A stretch of 64,000 bases of DNA from Podarcis melisellensis. Taxonomy: Eukaryota. The stretch is from the NCBI GenBank assembly GCA_964234715.1, contig OZ174283.1; one strand, given 5' to 3'. The position numbers were made by a program, and so were the translations under genes. This document shows positions 14,195 through 27,400 of the stretch, piece after piece. The notes below the pieces were generated by a model. It ran no database searches and was not told the DNA's origin. It saw only the letters and a program-made list of their open reading frames with translations. Position 1 is the stretch's first letter. The number at the start of each line of letters is the position of its first letter.

Positions 14195-14584
14195 TGTCAC
14201 TGTCTGGTTCATGGGCGATCGAAGTCCCAGCAAGGACCAGGGACAAGATGGCAGAGTGGGAGCAGGAATGGGAGTCCAGAAGCCGGGAGTCGGGAAGCCA
14301 AGAGTCCGAGGGTCAGAGAGCTGGGAGTCAGAAGCCAAGGGTCCAAGGGTCAGGAAGCAAGGAGTCACAAAGTCAAGGGTCCAAGGAGCAAGGCAGGGAA
14401 CGTGTTGCTGTGGCAAAGAGCTGAAGGGAAATGCTGACCTTATATCCCTTCCCAGCTCTTGCCACCAGGTGCTGTGAGTTACCAATTCGCCTCACCTGTG
14501 AGGCCCTGCCTTGCCTCTTCAGAACAAACTTAGGAAGGCCCCATTCCTGGTCACAGGGCCTGGCTCCTGCATGCACACATGACA
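14195..14584 (-). mobile_element. Solo LTR (Gypsy-like)
   Basis: TGTCA...TGACA inverted termini; 5-bp TSD ATGAA at 14190-14194 and 14585-14589; TATA-like GGGATATAAGG on the minus strand at about 14438-14448. Confidence 0.78.
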
Positions 14585-14815
14585 ATGAAAATGAGGATCC
14601 TAAACACAGTAAAGTGCGGTATCCCCCACTAGCCCCATGCAGCAAAGGTAGTAAATTATGCCAAGAAGGAAATAGTATTTGGGTGTGGGGATGAACCTCA
14701 ATAATGTGCATTGTAACTCTTTGCAGCAATGCCTTCCATCTCTACTTGATGAGTAGTGTATAGAATTATTTTTCCTTTAGTTGGGGAATATCTTTGCTGT
14801 GAGTTAATAAGGTAG

Positions 14816-15010
14816 AAAGCCAGTGCGGTATAGTTGTTAGAGCTTTAGACTAGGGCCTAGAGATAGCCTCAGCCATCTATAAAACTCACTAGGTGACCTT
14901 GGGACAGTCACTGTCTGATCTACCTCATAGGGTTGGTGTGGGAATTAAACAAGAAGGGGGAGAACCATGTATGCCACCTCTCCTTGGAGGAAAAGTTGGG
15001 CTATCAATGC
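14816..15010 (+). mobile_element. Old tRNA-derived CORE/MIR-like squamate SINE
   Basis: A-box-like GGTATAGTTGTTAGAGC, core GTGACCTTGGGACAGTCAC and tail CATGTATGCCACC; a partial tail copy lies at about 10880-10985. Confidence 0.6.
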
Positions 15011-16554
15011 AGTTTCATGGAAATATTATTTGGTGCTACCATTACAACTAAAATAATCCTGTTCTCTTAGGAACCTAATAAACTGCACTTCTAAAGAAGT
15101 TCAGGTGGACAAGTGAGGAGGAGAAGAAGAAAGCAATGTAAGTGCAGTGCAAAGGTTAAAAAAAATCCAATTACTGCAGGAATAAAGAGGCAGTAGAGAA
15201 GAAGCAATGTGATCCAGTCATTAAAGATCTAAAAGGCTGCATAGTAAAAAAGAAAGAAAGAAAGAAAAGTAAATTGGATTTGGATGCACTTTTTATTGAT
15301 TTTGTTTTGCTGAAGTCATCCTGCAGAGCTTGGCTTCAGTTGGGGAAGAAAAGCAGAAAACAAAACATTTTTACTGGTTTTACTTGGGCAAGTACTTACC
15401 TGGAAGAATGTTATGCTCTGAAAGCAGCCTGACCAGCCATTTCTTGAACATGTGAGGGAATTATTTACCTTTAGATGCTGTTGCAGCTGAAGTACACAAA
15501 GAAAAACAAAGGTCAAGCATAAGTGGTAATAAAGTGTGAAATACTAGCAAATTGCAGAACATATTGCAAGATATTAAAATCCATTGACAAACTTGGATCT
15601 CGCATACATCTGAGACATATGCATCCGTTACCTGCCTTTTACCTATACTTACAAAATAATTTTACATATGGAATTCAAGAGTTTGTCACTCCTTTGTACG
15701 GCACTACAATGATATGTTCCACATGTTTATTTATCAATACAATTCGTATCCTCCTCATCTTTCAAATATTGGTGAACACTGACCTGCATTATCCCATTTG
15801 AGCTTCATTAAGACAGTTAAGGCTGAGAGTGTGTGACTGACAGAATATCACCCAATAGGCTTCATGGCTGAGTTGAGATTTGAGCTCTGATTTCCCCAGC
15901 CAGGTCCATCACATGAGTCATTCCATCACACTGACTCTTGGTGTCCAAGTTTTAGTCTCAATCTGTGGTTTCTACTTTTCATTTGTATATCAGAACTATG
16001 ATTTAACCACACACAGCCTCATTAGCCCCACTGAAATCAAGTACTATTACTACTGCTATTAAGAATGATGTATTTCAAGCATAGATCACCCTTTATTTAA
16101 AATCACAGAACAGTTTACAGGCATATGTCAATATTTGGGTCATTTCCCACTTGGACTTATGGGATATGGTTCTTGAATGGATAAATTTATATCCATTTTA
16201 AAACACAAGACTCCAAAAATACCTTTTCTCATGCAGGTCATAACGGCTGTGAACTATCTCCAGTATCAGAAGTTGTATGGCTCTGAATACCAGTTACTGA
16301 GAAGCATGAGTGGAATGACTGCTCATATATATTCTCTTAAATTGTCAGCAAAATCGGAAGATGTGAGTGAGGAGACATCTGTTGGTAGAAACATTAAGAG
16401 GTCCTATTTCCCTCAATGGTAGCTCCAAAGAGTTCTTGAGATTAGTTATATTGGTATAAATCATAAAGTCCCACTACACATTGTGAAAAAGTTCTGGATC
16501 TTCTAAACCTCTGGAAACTTTTGTGGGCAGTCCTTCTTGAAATTTGAAACAAAA

Positions 16555-17330
16555 AAAAAGAACAAGTTAAAGAATGACTAAATGGGCAAAAAAAACACCC
16601 CCACCCCAATTGGTTATAATATGCGGATGGAACAGTGGGAACATTTATAAGAAAAGGGTTAAAATACACATTGTACTACGATTTAAAATAAAAATGATTT
16701 ATCTTTGATACCTAACTCCTGAGAAGATATTTAGAATGTACAAAAATGTTCCGAATGCTTTGTTGGAAGTGTCACGAGCACGAAGGAACCTTTTATCATG
16801 CCTGGTGGATGTGTAAAAAAGCTAAAAGATTGGATACAAATACATCCTCAGATACAGATGATTTTGAAAGTTAATGTTCAACTGAAACCAGAACTGTTCC
16901 TGCTGAGACTTATGGATATACAGTTTAAAAGATTATGGTACTTTTTCAATATATGATTACAGCACAAAGATGAAAAGATTCATCATTACCTACCATGGAT
17001 GGTTGTTAAAATTATTCAACTTAGCTGAGATGGTGAAGTTGATGTGTTTAATCAGAGAAAAATCATTGTCAACTGTTACTAAAGATTGGAGGCTGCTTAG
17101 AGACCTTTTGTGTGAAAAAGAAAATGAACATAATATTTGGGTTTGAGGACTGAAGATAATATTGGTTTATAGAAAATGGATTTGTGGGTGTTATCCTGGA
17201 GTGGATGTGTTGAATAAATTTTTACATATGGCTGACAGATGAAGAATGGGAAGTTCTCCTCCTTCTTTTGTCTTCATCTGCTCCCCTCTTTCTGCTCTGT
17301 GCTATTAGTTTTTTGGCCTTGATAAAAAAG
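16555..17330 (+). mobile_element. L1-clade LINE 3' fragment (ORF2 C-terminus)
   Basis: 16761-16826 encodes [22 protein letters not shown], the CCHC zinc knuckle of L1 ORF2; flanking frames are broken. Confidence 0.8.
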
Positions 17331-17344
17331 ATATCTAATAATAA

Positions 17345-17636
17345 TAATAATTTATTATTTTTTAACCAGCCCATCTGGCTAGCTTCCAACAAGGATTAAA
17401 AATACATCAAAATATCACACATTAAAAACTTCCCTGAACAGGGCTGCATTCATTTGTCTTCTAAATGTCAGGTAGTTGTTATTCTCTTTGAGATCTGGTG
17501 GGAGGGCGTTCCACAGAGCGGGCGCCACTACTGAGAAGGCCCTCTGCCTGGTTCCCTGTAACTTTGCTTCTCGCAGTGAGGGAACCGCCAGAAGGCCCTC
17601 GACGCTGGACCTCAGCATCCCGGCAGAACGATGGGG
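17345..17636 (-). mobile_element. L2 LINE 3' fragment
   Basis: Minus-strand translation TRQRAFSVVAPALWNALP matches the L2 C-terminus seen at about 2000-2050; TAA/TTA tail adjacent. Confidence 0.8.
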
Positions 17637-18536
17637 AGTCTTTGCATCCCCCCCAAACTTTAGTAACATTGACTTTGAACATTTTCCAACTACAGTTCTG
17701 CTGTAATATGTCTTCCAGAGGAATTCATAACTATGCAAGGCAGGTTAATGCAACCATTTCTCCACCACTTTTCACCTTTTGCTATCACATTATGTATTTG
17801 TCATCTACAGCAATTTCCATTTTTAATGAGTACCACTTCTGGAAAGGGCAGATAGTGAACTGAATTTTAAAATATTGTGACTATGACAAGGAGTGAACCT
17901 TCCAGGCTACCTGGATTAGCCTGGATTTCTTGGTGGTGGTAGTTTTCAATAACCCTCACAACAGATCACTGGATTAGCTATTTAATTTTCTTCTCTCCAT
18001 ATATAAGCAAAACATTTTAAGGGCACACACCATTTCCCAGCAAATTGTTCTGTTCTGCCAAGTCTCTGCAAGATTGAGTATGCATTTAGATGAATAATTT
18101 ACAAGTCACCCCAATCAATATAAAAAAATTAAGTGCAGAGTACTCAAGTCCCCACAAGCAAAACTACCTCATCAAGGAAAATTATTAGCACACCTCTAGA
18201 GTCTACCATATATATATTGATTATTTAATTATGTAAATAAGGCACAGCACCCAAGTGAAGTTTAAAAATTAATCAGAGCTGGAAGGAAATCCAAGCCAAT
18301 CTAATTTGGCTCCTTGTCCCAGAACATCACACATCACACATCAACCAATGTGCATTTCATAGAATGACATAACCCTTCACAGGTAAGTGCAAATATGGTA
18401 GCTCACGAGCTGCACATTTAAATGTGTCATGGTACAACAAAAATCATGTAGCTAGGGCTAGCTAGTTACTCAAAAGGATTTGCGTAGCACCTTGGACAAC
18501 AGGCTAGTTACGTTACCCTCTGCCATTTAGGATATA

Positions 18537-18776
18537 CATTCATACCTTGGTTTTTGAACAGCTTAGTTTTGAAACGTTTTGGCTCCCGAATGCTGCAAAC
18601 CCATTAGTGACTGTTTTGATTGGTTAACTATTTTTGGAAGCTGAACATCCGATGGGGTTTCCAATTGGCTGCAGGAGCTTCCTGCAGCCAATCAGAAGCT
18701 GAGCTTTGGTTTCCAAACATTTGGAAGTCGAATGGACTTCAGGAATGGATTCCGTTCGACCTCCAAGATACGACTG
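18537..18776. mobile_element. Tc1/mariner-type MITE, family C
   Basis: Degenerate TIRs CATTCATACCTTGG / CCAAGATACGACTG with TA flanks; reverse homolog of 30264-30493. Confidence 0.78.
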
Positions 18777-19844
18777 TAGATGTCTGACTGTGCTTTCTTG
18801 TGATTCAAAATCAGAAACTACTGATACTCAAAACATCTGTAGGAACAACTGTGGGTTGTTTGGCATATTTGCTTAAACATTCCATTTGAAATCAGCTCCA
18901 TTTTCAAACCCATCAACACTTTCCTCCTTAGATGCCATTTGCCTTTGCTTAGATTGGGCTCCTACCAATAACTCATTTTCAGGTTTTTGTTTTTTTTGTT
19001 TTGTTAACTCTGGGCAGGGGGAACTGAGGATGAAAGCCATATTTGGTATAAAAATCCCCCAGATTTTGTATCATGCATCTGACACATATTAACTCAATAC
19101 AATTTTACTTCAGTTTTGGAGCACACTTGTAAACATATTGGGACTTGTGTTTGGTAAATGTGCTGAAATCTCTGCCTTAAGGCAAGTTCTCTATGAATCC
19201 AGCACAGAGTTAGTTCAGTAATTTTTAATAATCACTTTTGGTCTTATAACTCATTTTGGATAATGACAGGCCCTTGGGTCGTTAGAGGAATCTCCATAAC
19301 AAAACAATCATGCAAAATAAACTATGGAATTTCTCTTGAAACATGCAAAATAATTCAATGCAAGTCATGAAAATAACTATACAATATTACACTATACAAT
19401 CTCTATCACATATATACCCCAAAACCTATTATCATCTCAGATGACAATAGATATATAAATAAGCTATCAATGGGCACCAGCTTTGATTTGAACCAGTGCA
19501 ATGCAGATCATTATAACATGTTTATAATGACAGATAAAATCTTCACAGAATTTCTATAAAACTTCTCAGAAGATAATAAAACATTGGCACACATGTAGGA
19601 TTTTTCTACTGTGTATCCAGTTTCTGGCGTTGGAACTCTCTCCAGCATTGCAAAGTTGGAATCTGTAATCATTTCAAGCTTTCACTACTGTTGTTCATAA
19701 GGACTTTGAAAAGCTTCACATAATTCACTCTCCCAACTAGTCCCAAATGCAATTCACAAGTCAAGCTGTCCTAATATGCATGATAAAAGATGCTTATAAG
19801 AGACAAAGAGATATTTACAAGGTTTGAGCATACTACACCAATAT

Positions 19845-20735
19845 GGGCCTGACTGCACTGGCTGCCAATTAGCTTGTGGGCCCAATTCAAAGTGCTGGTT
19901 TTGACCTATAAAGCCTTAAATGGCTCAGGACTGCAATACCTCAAGAACTGCCTCTCTTCATATGAGCAAACCCAGACCTTGTGATCACCACCCAAGGTCT
20001 TTCTTCATGTGCCTCCTTCACTTGAGGTCCCTGAGGGTGGCAACACAACAACGGGCCTTGTCTGTAGTGGCTTTCCATTTGTGGAATGCTCTCCTCAGCG
20101 AGGTTGGCCTGGGGCCTTCAATATATATTTTTAGGCACCAAGCAAAAACAGTCCCCTTCAACCAGATCTTGGGCCGATTAATATTCTAGGTAAAGGTAAA
20201 GGGGACCCCTGACCATTAGGTCCAGTCGTGACCAACTCTAGGGTTGCAGCGCTCATCTCGCTTTATTGGTCGAGGGAGCCGGTGTACAGCTTCCGGGTCA
20301 TGTGGCCAGCATGACTAAGCTGCTTCTGGTGAACCAGAGCAGCACACGGAAACGGCGTTTACTTTCCCGCCGGAGCAGTACCTATTTATCTACTTGCACT
20401 TTGAGGTGCTTTCGAACTGCTAGGTTGGCAGGAGCAGGGACCGAGCAACAGGAGCCCACCCCGTCGCGGGGATTCGAACCACCGACCTTCTGATTGGCAA
20501 GTCCTAGGCTCTGTGGTTTAACCCACAGCGCCACCCGCATCCCTTCGATTAATATTCTATTAATATTATAGAACAGAATAGAATAAATATAGAATATTAA
20601 TATTCTACAGCTTTTTAAATGTGTCTGCAGAAAGGGGGAGTTATTGTTTTACTGTTTTATTTACTTTTATCCTGTACTTTGTTCTTTGAACCACCCTGAG
20701 ATCTTGTGATGAAGGGCTGTATATAAATCTAATAA
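19845..20735 (+). mobile_element. L2 LINE 3' fragment interrupted by a Sauria SINE
   Basis: Encodes LHWLPISLWAQFKVLVLTYKAL and RALSVVAFHLWNAL; the tail resumes after the SINE. Confidence 0.75.
20189..20545 (-). mobile_element. Sauria SINE, full length
   Basis: Reverse complement of the 12660 copy; 14-bp TSD CGATTAATATTCTA at 20175-20188 and 20546-20559. Confidence 0.93.
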
Positions 20736-20885
20736 ATCGTAACAAGATACCACATTGTGTGTCCACATCCCTAACAGAATCACATTTCCAAGCATGTTGG
20801 TACCTTTGTACCTAATATCGTTTTGCCGAGGATGAAAAAGGAGCAAGCAAATTGAAAACAAATGTCTGCTTGAAAAGCAAATATA

Positions 20886-20891
20886 TTTATT
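20886..20891 (-). terminator. ANKRD50: Probable ANKRD50 polyadenylation signal (AATAAA)
   Basis: AATAAA on the minus strand followed by a U/GU-rich element (TTTGTTTTCAATTTGCTTGCTCCTTTTT), with UGUA motifs upstream. Confidence 0.6.
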
Positions 20892-22120
20892 ATGCACTTT
20901 CATATACATAAGGATTTTTGCTTAATATAATACAAGAAATAAAATAAAAATTTTACAATGTGAAATTCAATGTACATTATAGGCTATTTACAATCCAATC
21001 CAGAAAAAAGTCTTAACTGTGCACCATGTTATTTGAAGAGTTTCAATGGAGGATAACGAGCATGAACAGACATTTGCATAGCAGCATAGTTGACAAGAGA
21101 AAATGATGCTTTAAGTAAAAACAAAGCCATTTCCCAATACTGATCATGACAAGGGTATCACTATAGTGTAAGATGCTAAGGTTTCGACAGGTAAATTTGC
21201 CATTCAATTCCCTTTTCAGGTGACTTACCTGGCACACATATGGTTCAGATATTAATGCTCATCAGTCTTTTCCCTAGTCTCCAATTATGAATTGTGACAC
21301 TTTCTTTAGTTTCCTCTAGGGATGATTTTGGATAATATAGGGAAAAGAAAGGTGAAAGCAGAACCAGAGATACAGAGATTTGTGAAACGAGAAAAAAAGT
21401 AAGAAGTCTTGAATTCTGCTGCATTATAGCTGATCAGCCCTGCCAAGTCATGGCTTAGCAGAACTGAGCCACACACATCAATTCACAATTGCAAAGAAGA
21501 CAGACCTGCCAATAATTCAGGGTGATTAATTTTACCTTTTTTTGAGAGAGAGGCCACAAAAGCCAATATATTTTTTAAAAATCATACATTAAAGCAATGC
21601 GGAACAATCTCACACTCTTGTCAAATGGATATTTTTAAACAGAGAAACACATGCTGCATTCCTAAGCATTTCTGAAAATGTGCAGGAACTTTTATTTTAA
21701 TTATCTGAAAGGTAGCACTTTTCAACTGACCTTCCTATAGCTGGTGTCTGCATTTGGGCATGTTACCACCACCAGCTCTTTTAGAGACATTAAGATTATA
21801 GTCTGCTGAAAATCATGAAGACTTCTGCAATGCGTAGCCTTCTTGTGAAAATGGCCAGAAATATCACCATCTAGTCACAAGGTACATACTGTAATTTAAA
21901 AACACACAAATAAACAAATAAATATAATCTCAGCGACAGCCGAGATCCAGAGAGAAAGGCAGCCTTTAGGGATGTCTTTCTACAGATCAATACATCTAAC
22001 ATGAAAGAAGAGCTATATTCTTGTGCAGTGTTGAAAATATCCAGTACTTAAGTTCAGAGCAAGTTGGGAGTAATGATTTGACACTCTTACCCAGCAACAT
22101 TTTTACCTCCGTACTTAGGT

Positions 22121-22251
22121 CAAGAATGGGGAACCTTTGGCTCTCCAGATATTAAGACTGCAGCTCCCATCATTCCTGATCAAGATAGGCCTGATGGAGT
22201 GGGGAAGATAAAAAATCTGGCCTGCCAGATGCTAACGATTCCCCACTCCTG
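22121..22251. mobile_element. Degraded palindromic hAT-like MITE inside the 3'UTR
   Basis: Imperfect TIRs TGGGGAAC / TTCCCCACTCCTG and the CAGCTCCCATCAT core shared with 3118-3253. Confidence 0.55.
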
Positions 22252-24461
22252 TTTTACATGTAGAAGGGTCCATATCAAATCCCTTGCACTTTTAGATAAC
22301 GCAGGGATAGAGAAACTGGGCTTCCCTATGTTCTTGGACTACCACACCATTGGCCATGCTGACTGGGAATGATGGGAACGGGATGTCTGAATGACCAGAG
22401 GCTCCTCACCCCTGAGTTAAAGGATCTCTGTTACAGGGCAGGGAACATACAGTGCTGGACCTAAGGGACCTAAGACCTGACTCCACCTGGAGCTACTTCA
22501 TATGCTCATAAGCAAAACCAGATAAGTCACTTTGGGTTGCCCTGGGCAAGAGAAAGCAGCTAACGAATTTAAATAGTTGCCATCATTTAAGTGGGTAGTA
22601 TGAAAACTGGCCTCGATGCTGAAGAACTGTTCCTTCATAAACCACCTTCAAAACAAGTAGCAGAGAAAGGACCCAATAAATTGCACTGTCGTACTCCACC
22701 CCAGGCTGAAGGTAAGTACTGAAGTTAGCCAATACCGTCACAAGAGTTGCTTTCCTTATGAGAAACATCTGAACAACACAGAAAACCAACTGTACATTAC
22801 AGCAATGCAAATGTGATTTTACGTGTACAGAAGAGTAGCTTGTGTTTTGAGCCAGTTTACATATTCAAAATCTGCCCCACCTTACATGTTTGCTGTGGCT
22901 TCTGTTGCTTTACGCTCCCACGAGCAGATACAGAATGCAATGCATAAACCAGGTTCTCCACAGCCTCAGACACTGATGTCTGAGACTGCAGTTGTGATTT
23001 CTGAGCTACCGCAGGTGGTGTCGCCTTCTGCTGTGGCTGTTATCTGGGGATGGGCCAATTCACATTACCTATTCTCCATGCAAAGAGTACTCTCTGAGGA
23101 CAGATGAGGTCTTTTATGTGGATTTTGATCATGGTGGACCCTGCAGCAAAACAACAAAAAGTCTAATGGCACCTAAAGTCCTACACCAAAAGTATGCCGC
23201 AACACTTCTAGAAGTGGGTTCAAATAATTAACAAACAGGAACTCTAGCTTGGGTCAATGGAGGAGGGGTTCCCTTAGTCTTTGAGGTGACATTGAACATT
23301 CCTTGTCTGTTTGACTGTGTGCAGAGTTTCTTTTGCACATGAATGTGAAATAAATACAGAAAGCATTGCTGTTTGTCACAAAGTCCACTGTGGCACATTT
23401 ACACTGATAAAGCCTTCTGGAACAGAGAACTCAAATTTCTAGCTCTTAACAACTTTTCAGCTGTGTGAGTGGAAATACAACGTATCTTGTTCTGCTACTG
23501 AGGGAAAAAAGAAAGTGCTTATTCTGTGTAGTAAGTACAAAGTACACAAAATAATTTTTTTCTGAAGCACAGAAGGTTACATTTAAGAAGGCAGCCTTAT
23601 TATTTTTTTTCTTTAGGCACATTACAGTAATCAAGGTAACTGTACTGCAGTGATCACATTCGTAATTTTCAATGTGGTTCGACAAGCAAGACATGCTTTG
23701 ATTCCAGCCCGGGTGACAAAACATTCCAGGCAGAAACTCTTCATTTTATTCATGGTGTCATGGAACTGCCTTGAAAACAAAAAGAAAACAAAACATAAAA
23801 TTGTTACATTCTAAGTAGATCATCTCAAAACTATGAATAAGCTGCTGTATGTAGCAATCTATCTGATGCAGTACCTTAAATTTGCTTATGCATTTTCTTT
23901 TGCAGGGACCAAGTTTGAAATGATAACACACACAGGGTCAGATAGCATGTTATTATGCTGCTTCCATAAACAGCACCATGCCAAGCAGTACAGCTTCAAT
24001 AACAATGGTAGCTTGGCCATTCAATATGAGATAAAATTCATTTTCTTAAAAATATATGTGAAGCATAATGTTATTATTATTAATAATAATAATAATAACA
24101 ATTTAAATGCACACATAGCATCCAGAAATTGGTCAGAGGTGGTTGACAGATTGGTGTGCCAGACAGTTATCAAACAGTGCTTTTGAGCAGAAACTGAGCT
24201 ACAGGACCCCACACTCTTATTGGTGGGAGTTGTGCAGAGGCATTGGAGAGAAGACTATTGTTATCAATGTGGATGCAATATGATGAGACTTACATGGGAT
24301 GCCTCTGGCCTGTTAACACCATGAGCATGTAAGGTACTGATCTGGGTGCCCCCTGCCTCCAATCCTCTTGCACAATGGTCATTGGTAAAGACATGAAGTC
24401 TTCTCCCCCTTAGCTTTTGATGCCTATTTGCATTGCCACCCTGCTGAAAGTGCCTCACCTC

Positions 24462-27400
24462 TTACAATGGTGTTTCCTTCTTATAGTTGAAGCTTGGGTC
24501 ATTCCCTTCAATTTGAAGTTTTAAGGCTTGCTTAAGGCTCAGCTCCGTCTCTGCAGAAGGATAGCCTTCCAAAACCTCCTGATGCCCTCGGTCCTGTACT
24601 GTTCGTGGGACAGAAACTCTGCCAAGAAAAACCTGATTGCTCTGAAGGTGGTAGTTTGGATTAGTCATTATTCCATTTCTCTTTTTCTGCTCCCCACTTT
24701 GTTGGTGGATCAGGAACTGCTGTTGAGACCGGCAAACTTCCTGATGGGCTGGAGGGACTAAAATTTTACACTGAGTGTCACTAGGCATTGATTTAAGGGG
24801 CACGCCGGCCCCACATTTGGCAACAGGTATCCTTTTATCAAACTGAGTCATTTCATATTCAAGGACTTTTGGTTGAGAGGAGGTGCTCTGTTTCACCTTT
24901 TTGCCAGCAGACCCGGATTTGTTGGAATTCTCTGTTTTCCCCGTTTTGCTGGCTTTTGTGGATTTCAAGCTGGGCTTCACCTGGCTCCATTCAAATTCGC
25001 TGTTTGGCGAACTATGATTCTGACTTAAGGAGTGAGTTGTGGAGGAAGGAGAAACAATAGACTGCCTACTTCTACTGCGGGGTAATGAATGCTGCTGTAT
25101 TTGTTCCGTAAAGGACATACTGTGGAAGCTGTCGATCGGTACTGTCTGGGCAGTTGCTGTAGATGAAGTTGTGCGTAGAGAAGAGTTTTTTGAGCTTTTT
25201 AATGAATTATTGGATAAGGAGGACTTTTGCCGATCAACTGTCGAATCGGGAGATTCAGAAGGAGAACTAAAGGCATGAGCTGGCCCATTAGACAAGCCAC
25301 GCAAAGCAGGCTGCGTATCTCCCCCGCCAGTGCTTCCCGAACTATTGGATTTTATGGTTAAGGATTGCATCTTTGAAGATGCCGACTGCAAAGGTTTTTG
25401 TTCCATTGTATGGACCGGAGAAGGAGTGCAGCCATTTAGAGTAGAAGCACCATATTTTTCCAGTAATTTAATTATCTGCGTGTGTCCATTTTTTGCAGCT
25501 ACGCGCATAGCTGTGCGCCCAAATTGATCCGCATGATTTGGATCGGCACCGTGCTCCAGTAATATCTGCACAACATCAATGTGCCCTTCTTGGGCTGCAA
25601 TGCAGAGTGCAGTAGCACCCTGATTGCATGTATGATCCACTAGGGCCCCACGCTCTATCAAAAGCTGAACTACTTTGACGTGGCCCTGCCACGCGGCAGA
25701 CTGCAAAGCTGAGCGTTTCTCATTGTCTGCGGCATTCACATCAGCATGGTACGTGATCAGCATCTGTACCATCTCCACGTGGCCCTGCCAGCAGGAAACA
25801 TGGAGCGCTGTCCGTCCTTCAGCATCACTGGCTTCGACATTTGCACCATTTTCTAAAAAATACTCAGCCATCGTGAGCTGGTTTTCTAGAGCCAAGATAT
25901 AAAGCGTTGGCCGGCCATCAGCATCTTTGTAATTCACATCAGCTCCGTGACTGAAGAGTAGCTCGACAATGTCTCTATGGCCTTCTAAAGCAGCAACACG
26001 GAGAGCATTTCTCCCATCATAGCCCCTGTGATCAATGTTAGATTTGTTTTCCAGCAAGGTCTGCACACAATCATAGTGACCTTCCTGGGCAGCCAATATG
26101 AAGGCTATGCGCCCGTCATTATCAATTTCATTTGTTCGAGCACCTTGTTCTATAAGTGCTTCACATATCAACCTGTGTCCTTCAAAAGCTGCCATGTGCA
26201 AAGGTGTCCATCCTGCATCATCCCTATGATTCTCATCCAGCCCTCTATCCAGCAGAGTCCGTACTACTTCAACATTGCCTTGTGCAGAGGCTATACTAAG
26301 AACCGTCCGTCCTTCACTATCAATGCTATCCACAGCTGCCCCCCAAAACAAAAGAGTATTTACAACTGATGCATGGCCCATGGAAGCTGCAGCAAGAAGA
26401 GGAGTGCGGCCATTGTTGTCCGTATGGTCTACATCTGCTCCGCCTTCCAGAAGCAAATCAACAACATCTACATGTCCTTCGTAGGCTGCCACTAGCAGTG
26501 GGGTCATGCCATCTTTGTCACAATGGTCCACCTCGGCGCCCCGGTCAATTAAAAGGCTCACAACTGAAGCATGTCCTTTACTGGCAGGTACACAAAGAGC
26601 AGCAACAGAGAGGGCAGTCCTTCCATCCACATCCTCATGGTTTACTTCTGCTCCGTGGTCCAACAGATGCTCCACAATCTCTTTATGCCCCATGTATGCT
26701 GCTGCAATTAAAGCAGTTCTACCTTCATTATCCGCTTTGTTGACCTCAGCCCCATGTTGCAACAGATTCAGCACAATATCTTCATGGCCTCCCCAAGCTG
26801 CTGCTCTCAAGGCTGTCCGACTGTCAGCGTCTGCACAGTCTACTTTTACTCCAGCATAGAGAAGTGCAGAAACCACCTCAGTATGCCCGCCCCAAGCTGC
26901 CGATCGCAGGGCTGTCCACCCATCATGGTCCGTGTGATTTATGTTAGCACCACACCCAATCAAACAGTTGACAACCTTGGTGTGGCCCTGCCGAGCAGCT
27001 AGAGTAAGTGCGGTCTGCCCATGCGTGTCTTCAATCTCTAAATCTGCTCCTCTGGAAACTAGCAGATTGACTACATCAAGATTGCCACTATATGCAGCGT
27101 TAGCCAAGAGTGTTCTACCATTCGAGTCACACTGGTTTACCGAAGCACCATTATCCAATAGGGTTCGAATAGAATCTTCTCTTTCCAAAGCCTGCCGTAC
27201 AATGCAAGATGTCCGATCGTCCTCACTGTTGACATGAGCACCAGCTTTTACCAGCAACTGTAAAACTTCTTGTTCTTTGGGGATCAACGTTGACAAAGAG
27301 TCTTTGACAGGCGTACCATTCCAGATCATCCACAAAGCCAGTTCAGAGGTTTCCAGTTGCAAGTTGGAATCAATTAGGTGCAAAGCAAATTCTTGAGCCT

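Larger units (their letters stand above)
20870..23769 (-). other. ANKRD50: ANKRD50 terminal exon 5 (3'UTR only)
   Basis: Strong acceptor TTTTGTTTTCTTTTTGTTTTCAAG|GCAG at 23770/23769, pairing with the donor at 24458; ends near the AATAAA at 20886. The 3' end is approximate. Confidence 0.65.

Noticed and set aside
14043-14729. Cluster of overlapping ORFs
   Set aside because: They lie within the solo LTR's degenerate repeats.
23140-23180. Short PLE-like remnant in the 3'UTR
   Set aside because: About 40 nt, degraded, no ribozyme core.
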